Shown: positions 40,118 through 56,553 of the stretch, in pieces
Position numbering within the stretch: the stretch's first letter is position 1
Layout: the number at the start of each line of letters is the position of its first letter
DNA from: the human T2T-CHM13v2.0 reference genome, Homo sapiens
DNA: 64,000 nt
Strand: one strand, 5' to 3'
Assembly: GCF_009914755.1 (NCBI RefSeq)
Contig: NC_060931.1
Notes under the pieces: model-generated
The model's input: only the letters and a program-made list of their open reading frames with translations
The model's database searches: none
Told to the model about the DNA's origin: nothing
Translations under genes and position numbers: made by a program

Positions 40118-40634
40118 AAAAGAAGAAGAAAAGAAGAAGGAGGAGAAGGAGAAGGAGGAGGAGAAGAAGTAGAGGAGGAGGAGGAGAAGTAGAGGAGGAG
40201 GAGAAGGAGAAGGAGGAGGAGAAGAAGTAGAGGAGGAGGAGAAGAAGTAGAGGAGGAGGAGAAGGAGAAAGAGAAGGAGGGGGGGAGGAGACAGGAGGAG
40301 GAGAAAGAGATGAAGAAGAGGAGGAGGAGGAAGGGAAGAAGAAGAAAAAGGAGGAGGGAAGAAGAAGAGAAGGAGGATTAGAAGAGAAAGAAGAAGAGAA
40401 GTTGAAGAGGAGGAGGAGAAGGAGAAGAAGGAAGGAGAAAAAGAAGGAGGAGGAAGAAGATGGGAGGAGGAGGAGAAGGAGGAGGAGGGAGGAGGGGAAG
40501 GAGGAGGGAGGAGGGGAAGGAGGAGGGAGGAGGGGAAGGAGGAGGATGAGGGAGGAGGAGGATGAGAAGAGGAGGAGGAGGAGTAGAAGAAGAAAAAGGA
40601 GAAGGAGGAGGAGGAAGAAGAGAAGAAGAAGAAA
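40118..40634. repeat. (GAA)n/(GGA)n purine-rich tract, ~520 bp
   Basis: Mixed GAA/GGA triplets with very few pyrimidines. Confidence 0.96.
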
Positions 40635-41909
40635 GCCATTCCTCTGGCTTTGGAAATGACACTCAAGTGCCAGGTTCTACAAGCATTTCTTTGATGAAGG
40701 AGCCAATGAGACTCACAGCATTCTCCAGAGAAGAGGCAGCATAGTGCAGTTATGACCACAGTTTTGGAACCAGCCAGCCCTTGGTTTGAATCCTGACTCA
40801 ACCACTCATAACTGGGGTAATGTAAGGAGATACTTATAATGTAAGAAGAATTTAGCACAGGGCTGGCACATAATATGTGCTCAACCAATTCTAGCTATGA
40901 TCATTATTATTATTAGATTTAGGAGATTTATATTAGGGGTATATGGGAAGAAATAAAGAAGAGAAATGTTAAGAGGAAAGGGGAGAGAGAGTAGTTCAGT
41001 AGTTCCTTAGGAAAAATAATGTCCCAACTTTACAATTTTTCCAGGAAGCAAAATACCACCATCTCCAATTTTAGTCATTTAGGCTATTAGCCATGTCCTC
41101 CTTCTTCTGATTATAATTTACAACCAAATGATGTGGCTTCCGTTTTTGAACAAATGGTGCAAAGGGCAGAAACCTGAAATATCCCCTTGACTAATTAGGC
41201 CACTCATCAATTGGGCTTTAGCTTATCTATTGAGTCAGAAGGCAGTCAGAAGACATCAGACTCAGAGTCGTTACAACGGGCAAAGACATTACTAAGGGGT
41301 CAGAGATTGGAAAAGTTGAACTGTATCTCCTGGTAAGATTTTTGTGAGAACTTCATTTTCTAAACCTGCCTCTCCATATCCCAAAGATTTATACAGATGA
41401 TTTAATGGTTTGATGTGAAGCTGAATATGCCTGTGGCTTCAGAAATGTCAAAAATATTGCTTGAAAATGAATTTCAGGCTGCCAACTTCATGGTCTACAT
41501 GGAGTCATAGAAACTGTTTGGTTAATTCTTGCCATCATATTATTTCCATAAGTTCCCTACTCCACTTCCCATATACAAAGAAAATAGCTGAACCCTTCTT
41601 TACATACACATGCATTTATTTACTCAGTGATCATCTGGATTGGCACCCTCAATCAGCTTAGTCGTACAACTAACTGGTCAACACAGTGATAAAGCTTGGC
41701 TTCCTCCACCTCTGCCTCTCTCACATCTGCCTCTTCTATCTCATCCTCACTGCTCTTGTAGTTTTGTGAAATCTTGTGTAGTTTTGCATGCTATTTTTTC
41801 TTATTTTTCCCCAAATTATCCTCCTGCCAAAGCTATTTTTCTAAAGTGCAAATAGTCACATAGCATTTTCCCACTTATGCAAATTTTAAGGCTCCCAAAC
41901 ATCCATGGT

Positions 41910-42104
41910 AGTGCTGCCAATAGACAATGATGATGGGAATGTTCTATAACCGAGTTATTCAATATGGTAGCCACCAGTCACATGTGGCTATTGAGGATGT
42001 CAAGACTGGTTGGCTAGAATTTAAAATGGAATTTTTAAAAATTTTAATTAATTTTAATTTTAATAACCATATGTGGTTAAGGTGGTCCATATTGGATGCT
42101 ACAG
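41910..42104. mobile_element. MER3 (hAT-Charlie)
   Basis: gtgctgccaatag...caatatggtagccaccagtcacatgtggctattgag...catattggatgctacag. Confidence 0.8.
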
Positions 42105-42388
42105 ATCTGTGGGATAAAGTCCAAGTTAAGCACAGTACAGGGATGCCATGCTAATGGAAAATGATGGAGAGCCTCCAAGATTTAGCTTCTGACTGCCTTT
42201 TTAGTCTTAGCTACCACTCTTCTCTGCCTTGTATTTTTGCCAGCAATACATATACCTTGCAGCTCTTCCAACATACTTTTCCAGGCAATGCTATGATGTC
42301 TTTGTACAACCCATTCCTTTGGCCTTGAATATCCGCCTCTCCTGACTTTGTAAAACTGACATATCCTGTAGGATCCTTTAAAATAGAC

Positions 42389-42838
42389 GTGGGAAAGAAA
42401 TCACTCTATCAAAAAGACCTGCACTTCTATATTTATCATGGCACTATTCAAAACAGCAAAGATAAGGAATCAACCTACGTGGCCATCAAGGGAGGACTGG
42501 ATAAAGAAAACGTGGCAGTTATCTACCATGGAATACTACTTAGCCATAAAAAAGAATGAAATTATGTCTTTTGCAGCAACATGGATGGAACTGGAGGCCA
42601 TTATCTTAAGTGAAATAACTCAGAAATGGAAAGTCAAATCCAACATATTCCCACTTATAAATGAGAGCTGAACAATGGAGGTAGGAGGCTGGGAGGAGGG
42701 TGAGTGTTGAAAAATTGCCTATTGGGTACGATGTTCAATATTTGGATGACAGGCACACTGAACGCCTAGACTTTACCACTACATGATATTTGCATGGAAG
42801 AAATCTTCACTTGTACCCCCTAAATATATAAATTAAAA

Positions 42839-42869
<31 letters not shown>

Positions 42870-42870
42870 A
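42389..42870 (+). mobile_element. L1PB-like 3' end with (TAAA)n tail
   Basis: tatcaaaaagacctgcac...gcaacatggatggaactggaggccattatc...cacttgtaccccctaaat. Confidence 0.9.
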
Positions 42871-43935
42871 ATGGACCTGAGACTTATCCCTCCAGAGAAT
42901 CTTTCTTATCTAACCCAGAAAATCAATTTCTTTCTTTTGATTATTTTTTCCTCTGTAGGTGGTTTTACTATTGCACTGAAAACATTAAATTATAATTACT
43001 TACCAAATTGTCATTTTCTTAAGAACAAATTCATGACTTCAGTTGTTTGTTTTTCTAGCATCTGCCACATTACCCAGGATAGAGTGGTCACTTAATAAAT
43101 GTGTGTTCAATTAGATGTCACTGAATTATTTCATTGACCTGACACAGAAAAAAAATTATTATTTAACTCATGCTTTTCTAGTTCAGTGAATATCCTTTAG
43201 ACTCAGTTTTAAGTACAGCACCAAGAAATCTCATTTCCTTAGCAATAGAAAAAGAGTTGGGGATAGAGTGAGATTACTGAATAGAAAATTGGCCACAAAT
43301 GTCAAATATCCGGTTTCACCTGTCCATTCAGCCCAGTTTGAGAATCAAAACACATTAAAAGCACAAAGCCTCTTTTCAAAAAATACTTTTTTTAATTGTA
43401 AAATTGTTTCTCCTACAACCTCTTACCAGATTTTGGTTGCATTTAAAATATATATAGTGCCGGTGTTTTCAGGAAACATATATAAATTAGATCTGTCCTT
43501 TGCACGGGTTAAAATATTGTAGTTATTTCTCCAGGTGGAGGGAATCAATTTTTCTTTTAGTGAGTTCATTCCTTTCACAGATGTCCATACAATTCACGGA
43601 CTCCATGTGGGTATCTATGAATCTGACCTGGAAAACACCATGAATTGCTCTCTCATTTTTCCCTGGCTGCTCTTAAATCTAGCACGTAGTACTAGCCAGC
43701 AGAGTTTAGAGGCACACCTAGGCTTTATTCATAGGGCACTACAATAATATTGGGTTCTCAAATCCAAAGGATCTAGCGGACTCTGAAAGGCAGAAGTCAA
43801 AAGTCAGACATGAGACTGAAGCCTCACATCTGTACATCATTTCACAATTTGCCAAGCACATTTAACCCTATTATCTCATTGGATTGTTACAAGAAGCTTT
43901 TGAAATAAATAGCAAAACCCATTATCTGCTTTAAT

Positions 43936-43936
<1 letters not shown>

Positions 43937-43983
<47 letters not shown>

Positions 43984-44167
43984 GAAAGAAAGAGAAAGAG
44001 AGAAAGAGAGAGAGAAAGAGAGAAAAGAGAGAGAAAGAGAGAAAAGAGAGAGAAAGAGAGAAAGCAAAAGAGGGAGGGAGGGAGGAAGGAAGGAAGAAAG
44101 GAAGGAAGGAAGGAAGGAAGGAAGGAAGGAAGGAAGGAAGGAAGGGAGGAAGGAAAGAAGGAAGGAA
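43937..44167. repeat. Compound (GAAA)n/(GA)n/(GGAA)n repeat
   Basis: Perfect GAAA run followed by GGAA run. Confidence 0.96.
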
Positions 44168-45329
44168 CTGTTGGCCCTGTGGCTGATCTGACATGTCCAA
44201 GTTCTTACAGCCAGCACGGCAGGGATAGAAATCTTCTTCAGCCTGGCCAGAAGTCCAGAGCTATTTTCCCTACTCACTCTGCTGCTCAGATTATGGGTTG
44301 GCCATATCCCCTCTGGGACCAGGATCTTGCAGCCAACCATCCAAGTCTTCCCAAAACTGCAGTCTCAAAGTAAAAGTGTGTTCTCACCATGCCATCCCGC
44401 TATTTTCTTCCTGGAATGTTGCTTCTAGTAAATGAGGGGGAAAATTGCCAGTGATGGCTTGATAAGTACCCCCAGCCATGGTCGACAGAGGTTACCTTCA
44501 GCCACTAGGTGGGAAGTGGTCTCCATGGAAACCCAGAAGCAGAGCTATTTCTCAAACACTTTCCAGCAGCAAGAGCTCAATTATAAACTTTGTCAAGAGT
44601 TTGAATGTGCTAAAGTTTGAATCAGACTGGAGTCATACTTCTGAATAGGGGAAAAGGACTCCAAATAATCAAGAGATATATTTCTAAAATTTGTCTTTGG
44701 GTCACTGATGTGTGTGTGCCTGTGTGTGTGTGTGTGTACATCATATTGTATATCCTTTTAATCCAATTTGATACAACAATACCTCTATTTCATTGTCTCC
44801 TGGATTCAGGATTTTGGTAATACCCTAAAGGTGAAGGCATGTTATCATGAGGATATTAGAAACATTCTTTAACCAAACCTTGTATGGAGTCCAAATGGGA
44901 CCTACTTCATAATAAACGTGACTTTGTCTCACATGTTCATACAGGGTTCTCTAGTGTTTTACATCAATGGATCAGTGAGTCTTACAAAACATTCCAGTGA
45001 AATACTGTACTTTTTTTGCCAGATGCATTTCATACGCAAGAAAATAAAAGTATCTCTATTTTCCACTAAGGACCTGGAATGAAAAGGGAAACTTATTCAG
45101 TCCTTCCCCAAATACCAATGGCTTGCCCTACAAATATGAACTTCCCACTACATCTCTGGGGACCTCATGTTCTTTATGAGGGGCCTGCTATAGACTGTCC
45201 TCCAGATGAAAGACTCTCTTAATTTGTATTTTGTGTCACACAAAATAAGTAGTAGACCATTGGCTAAATGTTTCCACTTGAATTCAGATGCCTTGGCAAA
45301 ATGTAAATATAGAATAACACAGAGATAAG

Positions 45330-45692
45330 TGATATGGTTTGGCTGTGTCCCCACCCAAATCTCATCTTGAATTGTAGCTTCCATAATCTCCACGTGTGGT
45401 GGGAGGGACCCAGTGTGAGATAATTGAATCATGGGGCCAGGTTTTGCCTATGCTGTTCTCATGATAGTGAATAAGTCTCATGATATCTGAAGGTTTCATA
45501 AAGGGCAGTTCCCCTGCACACGCTCTCCTGCCTGCTGCCATGTAAGACATGGCTTTGCTCCTCTTTCGTCTTCTGCCATGCTTGTGAGGCCTCCCCAGCC
45601 ATGTGGAACTGTGAGTCCATTAAACCTCTTTTTCATTATAAATTACCAGTCTCAGATATTTCCTCATAGCCATATGAAAATGGACCAATACA
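45330..45692 (+). mobile_element. THE1 LTR
   Basis: tgatatggtttggctgtgtcccc...ccaataca; TSD ataag. Confidence 0.93.
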
Positions 45693-45883
45693 ATAAGTAA
45701 AGGTAAAATATAAAATAGAACAAACTCTTAGTCATTCATGAGAGAATTGTCTACAACTTATGTTCAGTACCAAGCAGGTAACCTCCCTTTCTTCTGCTTC
45801 TAGATTGCTCACTTAAACCATGAGTTGTTATGAGTCTAAGCAAATGATACAATTTCAGTTACAAAAAAACCATTGTGAGAGCT

Positions 45884-46712
<829 letters not shown>

Positions 46713-47247
46713 AGTCTTCCCTATAGCCACAACAATTTATGTGCCCCCATAAGCAAATTTTACCCTTCCACCCCAAAGACAATCAGTTTCAACCGAACAG
46801 TGCGTCGATCTCAGGCCCAAAATCCAGGATTTAAACCAAGTTTGGATGTGGCTGGATATGGATGGAGCTACTCAGATATGGTTCCTCTTGATCTGGAAAC
46901 TTGGAAACCAAAACAACAACAAATATCCAAGCTATCAGCTCCCCCTACCCGAAAAATCCACTCAACATACATGGTGAAATAACATACCCCTGTTGAAAAA
47001 TTATCTGTCGTCAGTTTCCCTAACTGTGGGGGCAGGAAACATTCCTTGATTAGGGCTCATTTCTGCACTCTGGGAGTGATTCCCTAATCCATAGTTCTCT
47101 GCTGTAGGTTTTGCACTCAGAGCCCTTGGGTCTGCCCTAGAAATCATTCTTCTTCTTGCATAAGAAAGAGCCAATGCTTATGGCCAAGTAGCTTTCTCAG
47201 CCTGCTTTCTGCCAATATGTTGTCATTTTGAATCTTTCATTTCAGTT
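46713..47247 (-). mobile_element. MLT1 internal sequence, probably resuming after the LTR8 at ~48019-48290
   Basis: Directly abuts the LTR; gtcttccctatagccac...caggcccaaaatccagga...gttcctcttgatctggaaac resembles MLT1-int. Confidence 0.55.
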
Positions 47248-47251
47248 CAAG

Positions 47252-48014
47252 TGTAATTGCCCAAGGGGTTCTTCTTGCCTGCTGCACAGATAGAGCCAAT
47301 TTACTGAAAAAGTGGTATTGCAGTAGAGAAAGAGTTTTATAAATGCAGAGCTAGCCAAGCTAAAGGATGGGAGATTATTGCTCAAATAAACCTCCCCAAG
47401 AACTCAGAGGCTAGAGTTTCTGTGGATAATTTGGCAGACAGGGGGTGAAGGAATGGGTGCTACTGATTGGGTTGGGGATGATGTCATAAGGTTGTGGAAA
47501 ACAGTCCTTATGCACTGAGTCAGCTTCTGAGTGGGGCCCACAGAACCTACTGAGTCATGAGTCACAGATCTGGGTGGAGTTACTTGGTCACCAGAATGCA
47601 GAAGTTTGAAAAACATCTCAAAAGACCAATCTTGGCTTCTATGATAGTGATACTATCTACAGCAGCAATGGGAAAGTTACAAATCTTGTGACTTCTGGTA
47701 CAGCAAATGATTATAGAAAGGCAAGCTTTGCCTACATTTTCAGAATTCAGACCACCTCCTACAATCCTACTTTTGTGGGTTTTTATTAGTCGTACAAAGG
47801 CAGTTTTGGTCCCAAGCAAAAAATAGGTTAGTTTTAGGGAGGGACTACTATCATCCTTGCTTCAAAGTTAAACTATCAACTAAATTCCCCCCATGGTTAG
47901 CTTGGCCTACATCCAGGAATGAGTGAGGACAGTTAGCCCGTGAGGCTAGAAGTGAGATAGAACCAGCCATGCTAGACTTCTCTCTCTGTCATAATCTTTG
48001 CAAAGGTGGTTTCA
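47252..48014 (-). mobile_element. LTR8-family (ERV1) solo LTR
   Basis: tgtaattgccc...gtcataatctttgcaaaggtggtttca; TSD caag on both sides. Confidence 0.87.
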
Positions 48015-48302
48015 CAAGCAAGGGTTGTTTTGCTGATACAATTGTTTTAAAACTTTGTGGGTTTCCTATGAATCTTAAGGAGTTCAATCCTTACCCTCAA
48101 AGCCACATTCATAATTCCCTCTAAAACATGCTTCTCTCTACTTGAGATCTGTCAGGGTGATGTGGAACACATCTTTAAGGTTCTTGGATGGTCTATCGTC
48201 TAGCTTTGAGAGTCTACTTTCAAAATCTTTCAAAGGTCTTAAAAAGAGGTCTTGCAACCCAGATTCAAGACGAACATACTGACACTTGTGCAGGATGGGT
48301 GT

Positions 48303-48875
48303 TGTGATGGTTAATATTGGGTATCAACTTGATTAGACTGAAGGATGCCTAGATAGGTGGTACAGCATTGTTCCTGGGCATGTCTGTGAAGATGTTGCAA
48401 AAGGAGATTGATATTTGAGTCAGTGGACTTGGAGAGGAAGACCCACCTTCAATGTGGGTGGGCACCATCCAATTGGCTGCCAGCATGGCTAGAACAAAAC
48501 AGATAGAAGAAGATGGGATAATCTGGCTTGCTGAGTCTTCTGGCTTCCGTCTTTCTCTCATGCTGGAAGCTTCCTGCCCTTGGACGTCAGCCTCCAGGTT
48601 CTTCGGTACTTGGACGCTTGGACTTATACCAGTGGATTGCTGGGGGCTCTTGGGCCTTTGGCCACAGACTGAAGGCTGCACTGTTGGCTTCCCTACTTTT
48701 GAGGCTTTTGGACTTGGACTGAGCCACTACTGCCTTCCTACCTCCTCAGCTTGCAGATAGCCTATTGCAGGACTTTACCTTGTGATTAGGTGAGTGAATT
48801 CTCCTTAATAAAGTCCCTTTCATATATACATATAGCCTATTAGTTCTGTCCCTCTGGAGAACGCTGACTAATACA
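48303..48875 (+). mobile_element. MLT2A-like (HERV-L) solo LTR
   Basis: tgtgatggttaatattg...ttctgtccctctggagaacgctgactaataca; TSD ggtgt/ggtgc. Confidence 0.9.
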
Positions 48876-48999
48876 GGTGCTATGATGCTCATGGATGAGA
48901 GGCATTACTGGTGGCTATCTTTGGAAACAATGTACCAAAGAGTTGAAAGGGACCTTAAAGATCATATGACTGTACTCATTTTGGACCAAAATTAGCCCA

Positions 49000-49287
49000 T
49001 TTTATTTATTTATTTATTTTTTGAGATAGACTCCTGCTCTGTTGCCCAGGCTGGAGTACAGTGGTATGACCTTGGTTCACTGCAACCTCCACTTCTTGGG
49101 TTCAAATGATTCTTGTGTCTCAGCCTCCAGAGCTGGGATTACAGGTGTGCACCAGCACACCTGGCTAATTTTTGTATTTTTAGTAGAGATGGGGTTTCAC
49201 CACGTTGGCCAGGCTGGACTTGAACTGCTGGCCTGCCTCAGCCTCCCAAAGTGCTGGGATTACAGGCATGGGCCACTGCACCCGGCC
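49000..49287 (-). mobile_element. Alu (AluS-type)
   Basis: Dimeric Alu; agcccatt on both flanks. Confidence 0.93.
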
Positions 49288-50211
49288 CGAGCCCATTGTA
49301 GAGATTAAAAACTCAAGGCTTAAAGAGAAGAAAGGAGTTGACCACAGTAACAAAGCAAGAAAGATAAATCTTGTCTTGTATGTAGGTTCGGAGGGCTTAC
49401 TACTACATTTCCCTTCATGCTCAGTTGAAAAGAAAAACTGCTTTAAAACTCATTATTAGGCATATCAAAGATAAACTATCTTTGATGTATCTTTTTAAAA
49501 AATTCATAACATTGCCATCTTCCTTTAATATGCAGAGTAGAGTTGACTGTATCAGAAAGATATAAAACCAGAGAACAGCAAGCAACACAAAGTGAGAAAG
49601 CAATGTCCGGATTCTTGTATTTTTAGTGCATCTGGAGGAAAAAGAAAATGTCATTTACTGGGAGGTTATAAGGGTGCTACTTTTCATTCATTCTTCATCC
49701 ATTCATATCACACACTTTTTAAACACCTTCTATGAGTCAGACTATATTCTTCACATGAGATATTGGGCCTTTGATAGACTTTTAAAGGGTTGCAGGCAGT
49801 TGATAGTTGGAAATATAAACATATAGTGAGAACAGAGCAAGCAACTCTACCTGGAGCCGCTGAACAATATCTTGCAGAAGAAGGAGCAGAAATTCAACAG
49901 GGGTCAGTGCTTTCAGGGAGATCTGGGAGAACAGGCTGCCTGCAGTTGGACACGATTAGAATGGAGTGTGAATGGTGGGCAGTGATGGGAAGGGAGATGC
50001 TGGGGAGGTTGGAAACATCAAGCAGCACTTTGAGTTGAACGAGGAAGCTGCAGAGTCAGTAGCTTCATAAGCAGAAGTAGAAAGAAGGCAACATAGCAGT
50101 TTCTGTGCCAACCTCAAATTAGAGTTTCTTTCACCCTAGATTAGAATGTAGAGTTTCTAATTTATTGGTCAACATAATGTCTACTCAACCAAGTTTCCTT
50201 TTGTCTTTTCC

Positions 50212-50543
<332 letters not shown>

Positions 50544-51304
50544 CTATGATAACACAACCTCATCATGGGAACCATGGCCAGAGATATTTGAAGGAGGCAG
50601 CTGGCAGAAAGACACACGGTCATAATATGAGCTAATCTTAGCAAAGACACATGAGTGCTAAGAAAGAGTCCATGCTGAGTGCACCTACATTTTCCATTTG
50701 GGTCACACCTTTCACCTCCCTGCTCCCCCGCTAGCCCCCACCCCCCCAAAAAAAACCATGTAGAATTTCCTTTTAAATCATTTATCCCTGCCTCAGGACC
50801 ACTGCCATGAGACAGTTGGAACAGAAGTTGTAGAACATGCTTTAAGCAAAGTGAGTATACATTATTTGAAAACATCATTCATTTTTAGAACCTGCAGCAT
50901 TTCACCAAAATGAACATTAGGGATCGTTTAGCTGAAAAATCTGTTGCAAGATAAAAAAACAAAAAACAAAAAGGCCTCATTGTTCTGTGCCCAGATAAAC
51001 CTGGGCAGGGTGACTTTGATCAGATTTGTGTTCAACCTCCAAAGGCTGGCTGCCTGTTTAACCTCAACTGTGGCTCAAAACAAGGCTGGGGCCAGACCAG
51101 TCATATTCTCAAAGAGGCAATCAAGCCGCCTAGCAAAGACAACAGAGGCAGCAAGAGGGCATGGTGCCATGAAATAAATTAGAATGAACATCCCATTTTT
51201 ATCTCCATGGCAGTCAGCCCATTCCATTCTTTGCATGCTATTTTCATATGTTAACAGCAGTTTGAGAGCTGAATGGGAAGGGAGGAAGAATAGTTTAATG
51301 AAAT

Positions 51305-51373
51305 GAGAGGGGAAGAGAGAGAGGGGAAGAGAGAGAGGGGAGAGAGAGAGAGGGGAGAGAGAGAGAGAGAGAG
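51305..51373. repeat. (GA)n-rich repeat
   Basis: GA runs with GGGG interruptions. Confidence 0.9.
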
Positions 51374-52808
51374 AAACATTTGTTGACTATTAATCCAGAC
51401 CTGGTAAAACCTGGTTGTGTCTATTGCAACCAAAAGTAACTGGAAATTGTTTCAGGGGCTTGCACTGAAATGATGGTATTTTCCTCACTCATCTCGACCC
51501 TCTCTGCCTCTCTCTTCAACCTGGCTTCCACGATTTTTGCAAGCTTTTAGTAAAGACATTGACATTCCCTTGGGTCTTCTCCAGGGATCTATCCAGTTGG
51601 GATTATGGAACCCTGATCTGGCGCTTAGAACTCTTTCTGGTGGAGGAAGGAGAGACTGTCACTTCTCATCCTTCTCTCTCCCAAGGGCTCAGCGGTCCTC
51701 CCACTCACACATCCCTCTGTTTTCCCGCACTCATGAAGCACTGCAGAGAGCATGATACCTCATGATGGGCTGGGTGCCAAGCCCTGAGATTGCATGAGAA
51801 AATGGCCAGTTTCAATGGCAGATTTTGTCCATTAAAACCTATTACTAGTTTCCTCCCAGAGCCCAGCTGGTTCCATTATAGAAAATTGGAGTGAAATGAT
51901 GTCAGGTTTGTGCCATAAAAATGAATAGGAATCTTGCTTTTCATTATTTTAAATTGCAGATTGTTGCACTGATAGGTATTTATTTTTGTCATTTCTCTCT
52001 GGCCCTGGTGAGGGTCTGACCCCTGAATAATGAATAAACAGAAAGACACATGTTGGCACTTGAGCCTTGCCTGTGTCACCCTGGCTTTTCCTTCCCATTT
52101 GTGACAAATTCAAAAAATGCAACACTCTTAAATGGGTTTGTAATCTGTACTCTTTTAAACTGTCACTCAATCTCTGTCTCAGAAAATAGGCTATTGAAAC
52201 TATGGAGGAAATATTTCACAGAGACTTCAACATTGCAAACTTGCTTTCAGGATTAGAGGCAGTCCTTTGGTAGCTTTAGAATTAAAATAAGAACTTGGAG
52301 TAATTGTTGCTTATTGAGATAAAGGAGGCTCATTTGGAAATGCCAAATGCACTTTAGCAACCTTAAACATGATGACTTCTTCTGTTTGGGAATAATCGAG
52401 TTTTTTAGATATTTCTTTCAGACCTAGGATTTTAACATGGTGAAACTCACAAGTGGACAAAAAGGGAGAGCAACAGTGACTATAATAGTAATGAGTGTGG
52501 GTGTGGTTTTGTCTTTCAATGTTACCAACATTTTTTTATCTTGTTGATTTAGCACTTAAGTGGCTACTTAAAGTATAAGGACTAAAAATATAATAAGTCC
52601 TGGAACTACTAGACATATGAGAAGCAGCTGAAGTACTATAGAGATAAGAGAACTTATACCCCAGGGCAGCCTTGATTTTCACGAAAATGTACAACTCACA
52701 ATGGCCTCGAGCCTTAGAATCACAGAACAATACAAATGAAAAACCCTAGCAAACAAATAGTAATTGCTTGCCTTTAAAAAATTTTTAAACACCATTGTTT
52801 TAGTTTAG

Positions 52809-53114
<306 letters not shown>

Positions 53115-53333
53115 TAAATACTATTGTTTTCATAGATGCATAAAATGTCCAGGCATGTATTTTTTTTTCTCAGTTTACTAATTAAAAAACGCAGCTAGTA
53201 GATCTCAGGGAAGACGGTGGCATGAGGAGCAATCCCACAAACGTCTTCCACTCAGTCCCATTCTCCTAGATGAGTCAGAGTCCACTCTTATTAGCAATGG
53301 CCACAAGAACTGCAGAACCTGGGCTGTCCCTGA

Positions 53334-53732
<399 letters not shown>

Positions 53733-54347
53733 TGATCCTCCCATTGTCAAATTTGAATGTGAGAAATACAGAAATGTCAAAAATCTCTTATTCCCCTTAA
53801 ATCAAAGTAAATCCTATCCTGAGATCTCTCCTGGTATGTTGAGAAATTCAAATTTGGTCATTATTGGAACTCCCTACCCCTAAATTCATGACTGTGTGAG
53901 AGAAACTTAGGGTTTCATGAAGACTCGAATATTTAAAAAAGGCTTCCAAAATGTATGTCTGTGCTGGTTATCCATGATATGAACTTTTTTTTTCTAAGTA
54001 GAAAGTCCTTTGCATAATTGCATCTTCACCATTGTGTGTCATAGTTGAAATGAGTTCCTTCTTGAGACGAGAAGTTCCCCACACCCAGGCGTCATGACCT
54101 TGGTGTGACTCAAGATCATTCATCTCTGAGATCCACCAACTTGCCAGGGAGTTGAACAGAAGTTAGCCTTGTTCTCTTTCCAGTCTTGGAGAAGCTCTTC
54201 CTTTCTCTTGTTGGCCAATTGTGTCTTCCTTTCCAACATCTTTCCTCCATTCTTTTTCTTCTGGGAAGATCTCCTGCCAATAGCCTTTGGAAACACAAAG
54301 AAAACATTGATGTCCTCACCCCATCCCTTTGTGAAAGGAGGAGCTGA

Positions 54348-54704
<357 letters not shown>

Positions 54705-54905
54705 TAAATTTTCATGCCATCACTTACTACCTCTGGGACTTCGGAAAAGTTAAATAAGCTCTTTGTGCCTCAATTTTTTTTTTTTTTAGTGGCACAATTT
54801 CAGGCCAATATTATAAGATTACTGTGACAATTAAATGAAAGAAAAAAAGGCATGTACATTTCTTAGCTCAGTGCACACAAAACACTCATACAAGACCAAC
54901 CATCA

Positions 54906-55244
<339 letters not shown>

Positions 55245-55351
55245 TCATTAGGCTTCAGATCTTGGTTGCAGTAGTTCTCCTGAATAAACTGTATTTCTAA
55301 AACTAGATGGTGATTTCTACCAGGAGGTGCCAATAACAAGATACAGGCTCT

Positions 55352-55700
55352 CATAAAAAAGAATGAGATCGTGTCCTTTGCAGCAACATGGATGGAGCTG
55401 GAGGTCATTATCCCGAGCAAACTAACGCAGGAACAGAAAACCAAATACCTCATGTTCTCACTTAAAAGTGGGAGTTAAACACTGGGTACACGTGGACACA
55501 AAGAAGGGAATAACAGACACTGGGGCCTCCTTGAGGGTGGAGAATGAGAGGTAGGAGAGAATTGAAAAACTACCTATTAGCAACCATGCTTATTACCTGG
55601 GTGACAAAATAATCTGAACACCAAACCTCCATGATATGCAATTTAGTTATATAACAAGCTTGCATATGGACCTCTGACCCCAAAGTTAAAAAAAACAAAC
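55352..55700 (+). mobile_element. L1PA15/16-like 3' end
   Basis: cataaaaaagaatgagatcgtgtcctttgcagcaacatggatggagctgg...ttacctgggtgacaaaataatc. Confidence 0.9.
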
Positions 55701-56099
55701 AAACAGATGCAGAATCCAAAAAATAAGAAATAAGGTGCCTCTCTGTGACTTGTTCTCCAGCCAGAGCTCAAATAGGACAAGCCACAGAGGGTAGATGCAT
55801 GCCCCATCATGTGGCTTTATACATGGGTGTTTCTCTTTATGTGTAACTATGCTGTGCTCATGGGCTCAGAGACCTACACCTACACCCAGGATGCTCTCCA
55901 GCCTCAGCTCAACACAGAATTCCTGCACACAACTCACAGATCATTGCTTTTCAAACAAAGCTAACACAACAACAGATGCAGATGTTTTAGAAAGAGGTCT
56001 TCAGAGAAATTATTTCTCTGGGTCATGGGTCTTGGCAGGATCGTTTCTGAAGGGTGTTTTAAGCTGAACAGTGGTCACCTACAGATATTGGTACCAGAT

Positions 56100-56553
56100 T
56101 TTAATCATTGGAACCTCTAAATATTATGCGATTTGAACAAAGGGATTTTGCAGATGTGAATAAGTTGAGGATCTTGAAATGGGGAGATTATTCTGGACGA
56201 TTCTCTGGGCCATAAATGCTCACAAGCATTCTTCTAAGAGAGGAGCAGAGAGAAATTAACACACAAAGAGAGAAGGTAATGTAAAGGCAGAGCAGAGAGA
56301 GACTTGAAGATGCTGGCCTTGGAGATGAAAGTGGTGTGACCACAAACCAATGAATACCAGCAGCCACAGGGGACAGGAAGTAGCAAGGAATGGATCCCCC
56401 TCAAGGGCTTTTGGAGGAAGAGTGGCCCTGCCAACACCTTGATTTTGGTGTAGCAATGCTGAGTTTGGATTTTCGGCCTCCAGAGAGAATAAACATCTGT
56501 TGTTTTAAGCCAACAATTTGTAATTTATTATAGCAGCCACAGGTAACTAATAC
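56100..56553 (+). mobile_element. MLT1C-like LTR
   Basis: ttttgcagatgtgaataagttgaggatcttgaaatggggagatt...ggtaactaataca. Confidence 0.85.

Noticed and set aside
39926-40888. 320-aa ORF, the longest in the window
   Set aside because: It is a read-through of the GAA/GGA repeat plus a MIR, giving poly-S/P/L/F low complexity with no domain
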